Positions 50,761 to 64,000 of a stretch of DNA of 64,000 nt are shown piece by piece (position 1 is the stretch's first letter; the number at the start of each line of letters is the position of its first letter). Both the position numbers and the translations under genes were made by a program. Source of the stretch: Octopus bimaculoides (Eukaryota); NCBI RefSeq assembly GCF_001194135.2, contig NC_068981.1:19796350-19860349 (forward strand), written 5' to 3'. The notes beneath the pieces are model-generated. The model had not been told where the DNA came from. It searched no databases and was given only the letters and a program-made list of their open reading frames with translations.

Positions 50761-53264
50761 TGTAAACAACTGTATATTCATTGTTGAAGCCAGCAGAGCT
50801 CCATTTTTACAGAGTATTTACAAAGTCTGCTTGATATGAAAAACATTGGCTGATGTATGTAGATAATGCAAGTATGCTTGTTGGAGATATAACTAGAACA
50901 GAGAAAACATGCTGAGAGTGAAAGTACCATGAGATTGATGATGGAGGTTATTTGAATTAGAAATAGATGATAGACAAAGAAATATTTTGTGAGAGAAGTG
51001 GTGAGGTGAGATCTAAGAACTGTGGGTCTCAAAGATGAAATAACACAGCTTGTACGTGTATTAGGAATTTTACTGAAGGCTTCAGCAATTCATAGCCAGG
51101 AAATACTAATACTAATATTAAAATACTGATGTTGATGATGATCACAATCATGTTTATCTGCATATTTAAATGCAGTCATTATTGTTGGTGTCTAATTATG
51201 TGCTGTTAATTATTCTGGTCACTGATAATTAGACTTTCTGATTTCTGATTTTCATTTGTTATTCCATGTTGTTGTAGGAGAGCTTATATATTTTCTTTTT
51301 AACTTTAGATTGTTTGTTAATTTTACCTAAAGGAATTATTCAGCTATTCCAAAAATTTTAGTACATTTTTAGGCATCTCTTATTAATAAACATTCAGCCG
51401 TGTTTTCCCAGATATTTTGTATATTCTTTCTTCATAAGGACATCTGTCTCATGTTTAATTTACTATATGGTAATCTTTAAGAAATATATCATTATTGTGT
51501 AGTATTCTGAGATATGTTGGATATTGATGAGGATGGTGTAGGGTCATGACAACAGTGATGATAATATGTGATCAAATGATGTAAAATGTCGCATTGACTG
51601 TTTAGGAATGAGGAAGTAATCATTGCAAACAGAATCGTGTTTTTTCTCCATGCTGTCAACATGATGATAAAACACAAACATGTTGCATCAATTAACATAT
51701 TTTAATCCAACTATGTAGTAAAATAGTCCGTGTAAAATGCCAGAAAGTGAAGAATTCTTGGTGGTGGTGATGGTGGTGGTGTTCTTGTTGTTAGGGTTCT
51801 CTGCTTTATGGAGCTTATTTGCATGAAATTTACAAACTTACTGGATTTGGGGTAACAAACTATTTTCAAAAGACACCACTACTTCTGTTGATAACAGTGA
51901 TAATAATGTTGAGAATACGGAGTGGTAGTTATGATGGTGTAGTGATGATAGTGACAAGGATGGTGGTGATGACAATTATGATGATGATAGAAGCTCAGCT
52001 CTCAGACTCATCCACTACTCAGGCTGTTAATATAGAATTGACTCATTCACAACCCTCAGCTCTTCATTTGATCCCCCACACCCATCCCTAACTGGTGATA
52101 TACAGTGATTTTATTGGAGCTACAAGGGTTAAACATATACAGACTGCTCAAATGCCTTTGATTTGTGTCTCACTCCTAAAGCTAGCCTGTAACTAACCGT
52201 AACTGTTTTTTCAATTAAGTTGTCTGACTGCTGATTTATAATTACACACCTATATACTTTGAATTGTTTCATCCCACCTTCCAAGCCCTATGGCCCTTCA
52301 AGTCAACTAATTGGTTGGAATTACTGTAAATTTCTATGTTAACTATATCTGGAACTGGATATATTGACACATCAGAAACAGTAAGGTAGGTGACTGAAAC
52401 AAACCTCTTTGGCATATCCCTTTACAACCCATGCACTACCAAAACTAACAAATTCAACTCATACAACTCTAATTTCACCAACAGCTTCTCTCACAGCTGT
52501 TCTAAAGCAGTTTTTAAGCGATGAATAATATTTGAAGTACAACGAGATTGCTCTTACACAGCACTGCAACTCTATCAATATCTTCACTCAAACTATGAAG
52601 ATCCATAGCTCATAAGTTATCCTTTTGAGTGAAACTGGGAAGATTGAAACTGCTTAGAAGCCTTTCAGATAGGCAATACTTGTGATTTAAATCCATCCCT
52701 GTCACTCTGCATAACACTAATTCTATTTCAGAATTATGTCAGGAGTACACATTTGTAAGAGACTCAATGTCACTCATTCAGTTAAACAATTAACTGGACA
52801 TTCATACATTATTCTTGATGAGAGACATGTATAATTCATATATATATAACGTGAATAGATAGGGGTAATTTATCCAGAGATGGGTATTGTTCAAGCACTC
52901 TAGTATAATCCAAGTTCAGGCTAACATCATCGAATGATATAGAATAACTTGTAATTATTTAAGGTAAATCCTGAGTTTGCTTCATTGGATTATAAACAGT
53001 TTACGGAGGGTAAATAAAGATGGAGAAATATATATCAACACAATTTTCATTATTACAGTCTTTTATACAGTATATTCTCTTTAAGCCTCTGTCCAACATA
53101 TGCTTCTGCTGCATGGATATCTTGTTAGTGTTTATTTGCATCTTGTTGGTTTGGCTGCATTCATATTTCCTCTTGATTAAAAAGGTATCCATGCAGCTTT
53201 ATTCAAGGTGTTGCCACTTGTAGAGTTTGAAGTTGGCATGGATTATATATATATATAGATATAT

Positions 53265-53371
<107 letters not shown>

Positions 53372-53641
53372 ATATTTTGTCTGTTTTTTTTTGTTTTTTT
53401 CAGAGTGGATGAAGTGATTACCATCTCCGACCAAACTAACCAAACATATTGTTGTTTCCTTCTCTTATCATTTACTCTTATTACTTTCTACCCCAAACCC
53501 CACCCTAAGCACTCTGGCCATCCAAAACGCCATCCATGTTGATAATTCATTCCCTTAGCTATTCAGAGCATATCTTTGAAGTGAATCCATAATGCTATGG
53601 AACAAATCATTGACTTTATATGCATGCGGGTTTGTGTGTGT

Positions 53642-53700
<59 letters not shown>

Positions 53701-55414
53701 ATGACTGAAACAGTGAGATAGAAAAATAGATGGATTGAGAGATAGACATTGAAAATGTGAAATTATATGAAGAGAATCTGCTTGCTTGTTATTTATATTC
53801 TTAGACACAGCGTTCATATTTTTACTCACTATTATTAATTAGATATCTTCCAAGTTGTAATCTTGTATTTATTGCTAATTAAATCTATTTCTTGTTATTC
53901 TTAATGTCTTATCTGCACTAAGTACCATATTAGCTCCCACTATTATCTATTGTACATCAGTTTTAGTAGCTTGCATCAGACTTCACTGCTATACTTCCTA
54001 CCAAATATATCACACCATTAACTACAGAAAACTACAGATATTTTCAGCTCCTTCTCCTCCTCTTATCTTCATAGCATGATTTATGCTGTCCAAAACATAT
54101 ACTTAACCATGCTCTGTCTCTGTCTGTCTCTCTCTGTCTCTCTCTTTTGCATATATATATATATATGTATGTATATATTAGGTGGGTGTGTGCATGCACA
54201 CACATTTCAATATCAATGTTGCCAGCATTTTATGTCCATTTTTCAATACTGACATTATATTTTCTTAAGTTATTTTTTTTTTCTTTTACCTTTCAAAGGA
54301 CAGGATTGTGTTTAGGAAATGTAAATAGAACAGTTTCAAATATATCACTATTTTTGGGGAAAATAATGTAAAATTTTAATTTAACAAATTTTCAAGGCAA
54401 GAAGCTGTAAGATAGATCAGAATACATAATGAGTGTTTTCAACCATCTTCTATTACACTTCAAGAATTTTTCTGCAAATTCCGTTGAGGCCTGTTAAAAA
54501 TAAAACCCAGCTGTATTTACCACAAATAGAACATGTATATTTTTGTTTTGTACAATCAACAAATGTATGTAAAAGACTTGTATGTAATAATGTGTAATTT
54601 CAGATTTGATGTTAATAGAAGACAGAACTGAGGTATTAATGTATATAACCAGGAATTGTTTAATTTTCTGTGCCCCAGCATGGCCTCTAGTTGGATGGAA
54701 TCAGTAAAAGAGTGGAGTAAATAAATGAGTGATAAACTATTTGGTATATCCAACAGACTTGAATTTTAATATATAGTATCTAGAATAAACACAAGATTAA
54801 TTTCTCATCAGTCAGCTTCTTCTCTAACACAAAGGTAGGAAAATATATAGCTCTTATTTTGCTGGAATAGTGTAATTCAGTATTCAGTGTCTCCTCATTA
54901 AATAAACGAACTAATAGCTAATTAAATAATCACGATTGATCACTGATCAATGTCTTGTTTTTTAATGTTGGCAAAGACTAGATCGATATTGACATAAAAT
55001 TCTATTTGTAAGTTGCATTCCTTCTAATTTATTGAAGTTTGCATTTATATTTTGTAAAGAAAAGCAGCCATATTATTATTCATACCACTTTTTAAAGCCT
55101 TATGTTTATCCTTAATAAATTTGAATAGCTATTTCTTAAGAATTATTAAAACCACATTTGAAACTCTTCTATTTATGTTTCCTAAATACAATCATGTTCA
55201 TTTAAAAGCAAAAAGAACCCAAAGAAATTTATAAGTTTTCTTAATTTTGCATGTATGCTGCATAGCACATGCAACATGTGGTAATGTTTTAATAGAGGTA
55301 ATTAGCCAGAGAGAAAATAAATGAAATAACAGCAAAGAATATGAATAAAATTGAGATATAAATTATATTCATATGCACTGCCTGCTAGATCCCCATTGTT
55401 TTCAGTATCAGTTG

Positions 55415-55470
<56 letters not shown>

Positions 55471-55853
55471 ACACACATATGTAGAGTGATACAAATTCAT
55501 GTGTTCATATTTAAATGCATTTACATATACATACATAGTAAATGTGTGAATATCTACATCCATAAACACTTAAATACATAGGCAATATGCGCTTGCGGTA
55601 AGCTGTGTAGATACCATTATGTGTGTGTTTGTGTACGTAGATAGCTGTATAGTTAAATTTGTACTATGATTTTGTGCAGGTGTCCAATACGTATCAGCAT
55701 TCTTCAGTGGATTGAAAGTAAAATTATCTATCTGCTTCACATCCAGGGAGGTTTGGTAGTATCTGCTTAGCATCACTGCATGAAACCATGGTACAGGTTT
55801 CATTGTATTAGTAGACACATGTACATGTGCAAGCAGGCATGCACAGACACACA

Positions 55854-55902
<49 letters not shown>

Positions 55903-55949
55903 TCAATATATATGTATATATATGGCGTGTGTAATCAACAACCTGCTCG

Positions 55950-56057
55950 CTTGCTCTCTCTTGAATCAAAATTTATTGTAATTATTATTCAAATGTGACT
56001 TAGTCAATGAATCTAGGTTTTCCACATTTCTTTCAATATCTAGTTGCCAGGGCCACA
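55950..56057 (+). repeat. Local direct repeat, copy 1
   Basis: attcaaatgtgacttagtcaatgaatctagg...tatctagttgccagggccaca is repeated at 56350-56473. Confidence 0.9.
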
Positions 56058-56349
56058 TGTAATTTCATTTCAATTTCAGTCAGGCTCTCCCCTCTTGTTA
56101 CAAAATGCTTATGCGATAAATTTAACGATTAAAATGTACATGTATATTAATTTAGTATTAATATTTTAATGATAATAATAATAATTATTAAATAATACGG
56201 CTTTTCTTCTGAGCCTGTCTAGCTATGTGGTACATAAACTTAGTTTGCACAAGGCCTGTATTCAACATCCATTTTCAACGTCCGCTATATATTTAAAATA
56301 CATTCCCAAATATTGTTCCATTTCTTTGCTACTGTTCATGAATCAATAA

Positions 56350-56473
56350 CTTGCTCTCTTGCTCTTTCTTGAATCAACAGCTAAGTTATTATTATTATTA
56401 CTATTCAAATGTGACTTAGTCAATGAATCTAGGATTCCCCTATTTCTTTCAGTATCTAGTTGCCAGGGCCACA
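56350..56473 (+). repeat. Local direct repeat, copy 2, abutting the RTE 5' truncation
   Basis: Matches 55950-56057. Confidence 0.9.
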
Positions 56474-56730
56474 GGCATAAGAGGAATCGAATGTAGTATG
56501 CAAGAGAGAAGACTACGGTGGTTTGGACATATGATGCATATGAATGAGGACAGCTGCATAAAGAAGTGCTGATTACTGAAAGTGGATGGCACCTGCAGAA
56601 GAGGGAGGCCCAGGAAGACATGGCATGAAGTGGAAAGGACCAATCTCAGGATTTCGGGCCTCACAGAGGAAATGACAATGGACTGAGATGTCTGGCGATA
56701 TGAAGTTCTTGAGAAGACCCGCCCACGTCT
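56474..56730 (+). mobile_element. RTE-clade LINE ORF C-terminus, 5'-truncated
   Basis: GIRGIECSMQERRLRWFGHMMHMNEDSCIKKC*LLKVDGTCRRGRPRKTWHEV matches the RTE motif RRLRWFGH...GRPRKTW. Confidence 0.9.
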
Positions 56731-56739
56731 AGAAGCACT

Positions 56740-57115
56740 GTGTGTCCCACCCACACTTAACAAGGAAACTTCTCATACACTCTACCACAACAAACCAAAC
56801 TACATCTTTACATCTCTTCTTCACATTTCCACTTCATGCACTGCCACTGTATCATTGCTCTCTGCTAGCCCCCACCCCCCACCTGTGTGTTCCACCCACA
56901 TTCCCTGCCTCACTGTATTATTGCTATCTGTTAGCTCCCCCACTGACGTGTGTGTTCCACCCACATGTAACAAGAAAACTTTTCACACACCCTACCCCAA
57001 CAAATCATGCTTCTCTTCTTCACATTTCCTCCTTCATACACTATGCTTAGCTCTCACTCCCCATTCCTGTCCTCACAGCCTTGTTCCTCTGTATCATTGC
57101 TATCCGGTAGCCCCT
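56740..57115 (+). repeat. Internally repetitive C-rich region, probable RTE 3'UTR
   Basis: gtgtgt(c/t)ccacccaca x3, ctgtatcattgct x3, ctcttcttcacatttcc x2. Confidence 0.7.
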
Positions 57116-58329
57116 TGGCTCTATATATATACTCAGGTTTTCCAGGGATAATGTATCTCAGACTACACTGCCTAATGTTCCCTTAAAAAAAGAAATAGAT
57201 GTGTTATTTGTAAGAAATTTGGCTGCTATTTCCAGCATCTTCATTAGCAGTGAAAGGCTACCTCCTTGGTCTCTTTTCTTTCATTAACTCATCTTGATTC
57301 TGGTATTCTTGCGAAATGTGTGAGAAAGATGTCTGTTTCTATTTGGTATTTACTTCCCTTCATCTTCCTTGTGTGTTGTTAAGCTGATAGTGCTATAATT
57401 TGTGTTATAGTTTCTGTCTTCCCTCATGGAAAGCACGTTTCACTGTAACATTAACTTTATCTTACAAAAGAAAGGAAAACAGTTTTGAGGGCTTTAAACC
57501 CATATGTGATGAAGATAAAAAAAAAATATCAAAATAAAATTTAAATAGAGCAAGAAAGACCCTGAAATTGTTACCCAGAACAGGTGGAGTGGGCTGCTGT
57601 TGTAAGAACTTGTAATAAAAAAATATTGATAGTTGAGTGGCTTATGTTGTGAGTTCTACAGAAAGATTAAACTGTAGTTTAGATAAGGAAAAATCAGTAC
57701 TAACAGATGGATGTCAATTATTGGACTGATTTGAGGTAAGAGAGGGCAACCAAGAAAGTAAGATGAGGGTGATGTTGAGACTGGTAACAAAAAGAAAATA
57801 ATTCAATAGTTAAATAAATTATTAGAAAGATAAAAAACTTCTAACAGTCTGCCATTAACCATGTTCTAATATTTTCCCTTTTGTTATCAGTTACTACCAA
57901 AGATTTTTTTCTTCTATTCCTTCATTCCTCAGTTCCAGACTCTATCATGTGTCAAAAGACATGCTACACCTGTCAGTCCATCACTCACCACACCATCCCA
58001 CATTCTGTACTAAAATGCCTGACTAATCTCTTGTGACAGTGAGCAGATAACCTCTTGAAGAAATTCAAGTGGAATAATGTTGTTGTTATAAGCTTCTTCT
58101 AAATATACCCCTTCCCCAACTCAAAAGACCACCACTACCCCAGCCAAGATGGTGGTTCTGATGCCTAAAGATGCAAACAACTGTGATTTTTAACTAAATA
58201 TTTGACTCAGAATTGGTTGAATTATAACAGCATGGCATGTTTCCATTCACTCTCTGTGAAAAACTTCAACTGAAGTTTTTATAGATATCAACAATACAGT
58301 TTGTAATGAAATCTATTGAAATTTTACTT

Positions 58330-58620
58330 ACCATCAAAATATCTATCAGACAAAGCAAAGACATTTATGTGTATGATGTAACTCTCAAAGCAGATTCCTT
58401 GCCAAGACAGTCTTTAATAAGTCTATGGAATTCTTCTATCCACCACCCTTCAGCCAGTTTCAGTTTGTTAGCATCATTCCTATGGAGAAGCCTTCTACAT
58501 ATGATTCCTGCTTTGCATCCTACTGCTTACTGTATGTCTTGTCCAACTCCAAGTTCCTCTTCTCCATGTCATCAGTCTCATCACTGTCTTTATATCTTTT
58601 ATCTTTCTCTTGCTTTAGTC
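58330..58620 (-). mobile_element. Highly decayed RTE-like remnant
   Basis: WRRGTWSWTRHT resembles RTE R.RRWSWIGHT; many stops. Confidence 0.35.
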
Positions 58621-58649
58621 GTTAGATTGCGACCAAACTGGGGCACCAT

Positions 58650-59006
58650 CTTAAAGAAATTTTAGTCATATGAATTGACTCCAGATCTTATTTTTTTAAA
58701 GCCTGATACTTATTCCATTGGTTTCTTTTACTAAACCACTAAGTTCTGGAGATGTAAATACACCAACACGAGTTAGTAATCAAGTGGTGTGGGGGAAAAA
58801 CACCAACACAAAGACACACATACATACATGCATATATATATATGATGGGCTTCTTTCAGTTTCTATCTACCAAATCCACTCACAAGGCTTTGGTCAGCCT
58901 AAGGCTATAGTAGAAGACACTTGCCAAAGGTGCCATGCTTTGGAACTGAACCTGAAACCATGTGGTTGGGAAGCAAGCGTTTATACCACAAAGCCACACC
59001 TGCACC
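58650..59006 (-). mobile_element. SINE family A
   Basis: gggcttctttcagtttc...caaatccactcacaaggctttggtc...ctatagtagaagacacttgcc...aaccatgtggttgg. Confidence 0.9.
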
Positions 59007-59171
59007 TATAGTAGAGAGTTACCTCATGGAAAGCTCTTCTGAGGAATTTTAGCCCCCAAAAGCAGCCAGCCTTTTTCTTTGGTCCTCAAACAGACTACTA
59101 TTTCTCTTAGGCTATAAGTTTCTTATCATATTGCACCATCGTAGAATGTTGTCTATCTGTCTGTCTATCTG

Positions 59172-59272
<101 letters not shown>

Positions 59273-60659
59273 TATTTTATCAGCTCTCGTGTACTCTAAG
59301 GTTTGATTATGTTTCCCATACTCTTCCTTATTGCTGTGTTCATATCTGTGTGTGTGTGTGTGTGTAAATATATATGTCTAATGGATGTCTTATAAAACTA
59401 TTCCGCACATACAATAACAGTCATACCAACAATCCAACATGCCTCCATCATCAGCTGCCCCATGGATTTCACTATGGTTTCAACACCTGGGCAGTACTAC
59501 TCAATCTGGTGGTGTCAACAACACTAAAATTAGTGTTGTTTGGGAACAAACATACCTTTGATGTCACCACATTTATTCAATCTTAATTCTAGGTAGGATT
59601 AAGCACTAGCATTGTTAATTAAACTACAACAAAGAAACCACATTTACCCTATGTACAAAAACTATCGCTAAAATAATAATTCTATAAGTAAACCTATAAC
59701 TAATTCCTAAATTATCTAACTAAATAGAAACCTAGCCCTTGAAGTCCATACAGATAATATTCCCACCAGTCTTTCATAGTTATTAATATAAAGGTGAAAG
59801 CTTTCATATTGTATTCTTTCCGAAACAAAGCCAACTCGATTGAACTTAACTAATAATATAACCAATTCAAAGTGAATTACACTATTTCATAACCCAAAAG
59901 TTAATAATTAAAACACTTCTTATGTATTAAATATTTGTTATCCTTACATACTTTAATGTTAAACTTATACCAGTAATCTAATAGATAATACTAAAATATC
60001 CTTATTAATTTAGAAACTAATAAAAGAATTCCTATAATTAAAAATTATTATTAAAAATCTTGTTACGATTAAAGCTAAATATATAACTGTTTAAAAGATA
60101 ATATAAAATATAAAGTATTACCAATTACCTGCTATCTGGACACACAAGGTTCAAGTCAACTATTTTCTCAAGAGATTTTAACTATTTGGTGGCGTGGTGC
60201 GTAGTCCACTACTTTCTCAGATGTCTTTAACTATTTTGGTGACATAGTACGCAATTAGAGTGACTTGTAAACAGTCCAAATATGGACACCCTACAATCCA
60301 AATCATTAGATGTTTACAAATATTTACTAAGTTGAAAGCTAGATATTGCACCATATTTATTTAAAATTTCCAGTCTCCCACCTAAACAGTGATTAAGCAG
60401 TTTAACTAATTTACCATATCTATACCCTTGTTCTACTAAATTTTTTAACAGTTTTTTTATTCTTTCTAAAAATCTATTAGTGTTATTTATAATTGTACCA
60501 TACCTGATAATCTGGCCTGAAAAAACATCATAGCCTATAAAAGAAGGAATTTAACTACTGAACCATGGCACTGAAGCTACTTGGAAACCGAAATCTCTTT
60601 TATTATAAATGTCAGTATATATCTCATAATTACTAAATGCACATATATACATGCATATA

Positions 60660-60900
60660 TGTGTGTGTATTGTTGTCTCCTTGCTTTGACATCATGTGAT
60701 AATTGTGGTAGTTGTGCCTGCATCATGCAAGAAGTGTCATTTCCTATCTTCCATGGAAATGTAGTCATGGGGAAAAATTACTTTACTTTGAAACAGGCAA
60801 GGGTTGGTGACAAAAAGGGTATCCGGCCATAGAAAATCCACTTAAACAAATTCCATTCGACCCATGCAAGCATAGAAAAGCAGATGTTAAAACGATGATG
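60660..60900 (+). mobile_element. Family D variant, also present at about 45380-45620
   Basis: gggttggtgacaaaaagggtatccggccatagaaaa...cccatgcaagcatagaaaagcagatgttaaaacgatgatg. Confidence 0.75.
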
Positions 60901-61249
60901 GTGATGTTTTTGTTTTGCTTTTTAAAATCTGAACATCAACTACAACTGCCTCACCAGTCTGGGAGGACCTACAATGATCATGGGTACTGACTGCTGCTCC
61001 GCTTTTGACTTACACATATTTAAAAATTCCAACTGAATTTGAACTCAGAAATATGAGGCAGCAAATAGAATCAGTTGATCCACCAGCCATTCCTTCAGCT
61101 CTGCTACAACATCCTGAAGTTTGAATGAATGGTATTTTAATGGTTTCTTACTTTTGAAGAATATGTGTAAGTCAGTTTACAAACATTGATAATAGGAATT
61201 GAATTGATGATGAAGAAAGCTGCAAGGAAGCAGACAGCAATAATTAACA

Positions 61250-61560
61250 ATGGTTGTGTTGTTGTTGATGATAATGATGATGACAGTGATGACGACATCA
61301 GTGATTGATAATTGATGATGATGACAATGGTTATGATGACGACACTGATGACAGTGATGACGAAATTGACAATAATTGATAATGATGACGACGGCAATGA
61401 CTGATAATTGATGATAATGATGGTGATTGATGGTGATGATGATGGTAATCAATAATAATGACAATGATGATGGCAATCGATGATGATAACAATAGTGATG
61501 ATGATGAAGAGGAAGGTTGTAGTGGTGGTAGTGGCGGCAGTGGTGGTGGTGGATGGTAGT
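61250..61560. repeat. Degenerate (GAT)n/(GGT)n low-complexity tract
   Basis: Direct; explains the poly-His/Ile/Ser ORFs. Confidence 0.9.
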
Positions 61561-63054
61561 TATGATGGTTGAGTTAGAGAAGCCAGTTGCTAAGTACAAG
61601 GTTGTACGATAGAAATCGAAAAGTGAAAGTGAAAGTAAAGCATGATGATAGTACAGTATATGAAAAGTCAGGGAATATATTACAGTGTCAAGAAAACAAT
61701 AGTCTATATGTTAGGTGAATGATAAAAATGTTGAGCGATGCCTTTCTATAATATGAATCCACATGTGGGTCCAGCTTTGATTAGCTACAGTTAATAGTCA
61801 GAAAGCTGATGTAATGAATATAACCGGAAGGCTTTATTGATCTTTGATTAATTACTTTGGTAAAGTCTGTAGCCAAAAGCTAGATGATACAGTCAGGAAT
61901 TGGCTAAATTAGACATAATATATAGTATGCAGATCTAATTAAGCACTCACGTAGTTCTTCTTCTGTTTCAGTGATTTACTCTTTAGAAATAGAGTAGCTT
62001 GTATTTCAGGAATATTTATTTTCTGGGGCTTTTGGTTTCACTTCTCATTAATATCTACAGACTAGTTTCCACAGGCAGCCAAAGAAATTTGCTGTCAAGA
62101 CATTCAAGTTTATCAACTGATTGCTGTTACTTTACTCACTTTAATAAATACACTTGTATTAAACTTCAAAATACTTATAAAACGTTAAGTCCTCACATAT
62201 TTATGAAGCCTTTATGCTAATTAAAACATAAATCTAGTAACATGTGACAGGTACCCCTAGCGTCCTCTGCTAATGAGTAATTCATTGTCATTTTTTATAT
62301 AAAATATATTTTAAATGGCAGTTGACTTTCATCAATTTATAGTAATTTATAGAAAACACAAACAAACCAGATTTTTAAACATCCTATTAAAGTTGTCATT
62401 GATGAACAATATTTTAAAATAGTGAAATTAAATTAATTTGTAATTTGTAATAATTTCTGAGAAAAACCAAAAAAATGAAAAAGACATCTGATCTTTGAAA
62501 ATTCAACTCTTCTTAACAAGTCATATTTTTTCTCTTGTATTTAATTTATTAATTTATGTTCATCACAAATAGAATAATTCTTTTGACAAAAATATCTTTG
62601 TTGTTGAGAATATTCCCTGACAGAACAACCAATTGTTTGAAGAAATCATTCTCAGAACTCTGATTGTCTTCATAACTAATGAAATTATGATCTTGTTAAA
62701 AGTGTCATTTATTACTTGTTACACAATTCATTAGAGGGAACTGAAGAATGGAGTTTTAACTAATGATGATAAGGATGAAAGTTCACAATCTTATTTTAAA
62801 ATCTCAGTTGGATATTTTAATATATAAAGTTTTGTTTCTTATATACGAGCATTGTGTTGAGAGGTTACGAACACAGAAGCATAATCACACACTCATATAC
62901 ACGTGCCCTCCCCCCAATATATACACATTGAGAGAAAGAAAGATGCACACACACACATACATACATATTAAGACACACTCTCATACATGTGCCCCTCGTG
63001 TGCACACATTAAGAGAAATTCAGATACATACATGTTGAGTGAGGCACACACACG

Positions 63055-63123
<69 letters not shown>

Positions 63124-63549
63124 ACTTATAAATTTGGTAAATAAAGGTGGAAAGTATTATTTATTCTATTGGAGTACAACTAGTGTAGTTTTTAATACTC
63201 TGTGTTTAATTCAAACTTGAAACAAATGGCAATTAGAGAAAACTAATGAATTAGAGAAATTTAATGAAGTAAACTATATGTTCATCTTTGAAATTGAAGT
63301 TTGTTTAGTTGTGATCTGATATTGATTCTCATCTACCTAATATCTTATATCTCTAAAATGAAAGATATCTATATTAAATAGCTGAATAGTGTTTCAAGCT
63401 GTTTAATGATTATATTGACTGAAAGACAGGAAAGTTTGTTTGCCAAATATGTTAGTGCAAAGGTCTTGATTGTTTTCAGATTTTGTGTTTTATATGGAGG
63501 AATAAAAATATTTGTCCTGGCATGTGAGATCTATAAAATGAGAACATGC

Positions 63550-63860
63550 CAAGAGAGAAGGCTACCTGTGTTTGCTTGATTTACTAAAAATAGCAGCTAA
63601 ATTCCCTTTAAATCATTTTTACTACCCAAAAGAAAAAGTGGATGCATCAGGTAATTTAGTTAGGGTACACTATACCTAGAAAATTTTTTAAAGGAGAATG
63701 TCATGGTTGGATTACATGCTTGCACAGAGCTGACCTAGGTAGGAACAGATGAGGGTTGGTGACAGGAAGAGCATCTGGCCATAAAATCTGCCACAGTGGA
63801 ATTTCATCTGACCCATGCAAGCATAGAAAAGTGGATGTTAAAATGATGTTGATGGTGGTT
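63550..63860 (+). mobile_element. Chimera of a family C body and a family D tail
   Basis: aaaaatagcagctaaattccc...agagctgacctagg|taggaacagatgagggttggtgacaggaagagcatctggcc...gatgttaaaatgatg. Confidence 0.65.
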
Positions 63861-64000
63861 GTGGTTGTGGTTGTGGTAGTGATGGTGGTGGCGGTGGTGG
63901 TGTTGATGATGATTTTCTCAAAGTAATGTATTTTATCTAACTGTTTTCAAAATAATCCCAATATACCAAATGCTTTCATAATGAAGGTTTTATATCAACT

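Noticed and set aside
59560-60540. NUMT (very AT-rich, with a frame that stays open if TGA is read as Trp)
   Set aside because: No diagnostic mitochondrial protein or rRNA motif; the segment CSTKFFNSFF looks more like a decayed CR1/L2-type LINE end, itself only weakly supported

Overview
AT-rich, microsatellite-dense eukaryotic genomic DNA from a draft assembly with two N gaps. The SINE families resemble coleoid cephalopod (octopus) elements as I recall them; this is an inference, not a database result. I found no protein-coding gene I can name. Most listed ORFs are microsatellite artefacts or decayed retroelement pieces. The window holds several modular tRNA-derived SINE and tail families (three insertions with clear target-site duplications), two Penelope-like GIY-YIG remnants, RTE remnants, an R4/Dong-like restriction-endonuclease LINE end, small DNA-transposon MITEs, three degenerate minisatellites and an isolated tRNA-Met-like cloverleaf between direct repeats. 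CpG appears by eye to fall sharply after about 6.5 kb, which would fit a long methylated gene body, and several plus-strand splice-site pairs hint at an unassigned multi-exon transcript. The most unusual structures are two transposon-derived fold-back hairpins about 320 bp apart (12.9-13.4 kb) and a 58/51-bp alternating array at 41 kb.
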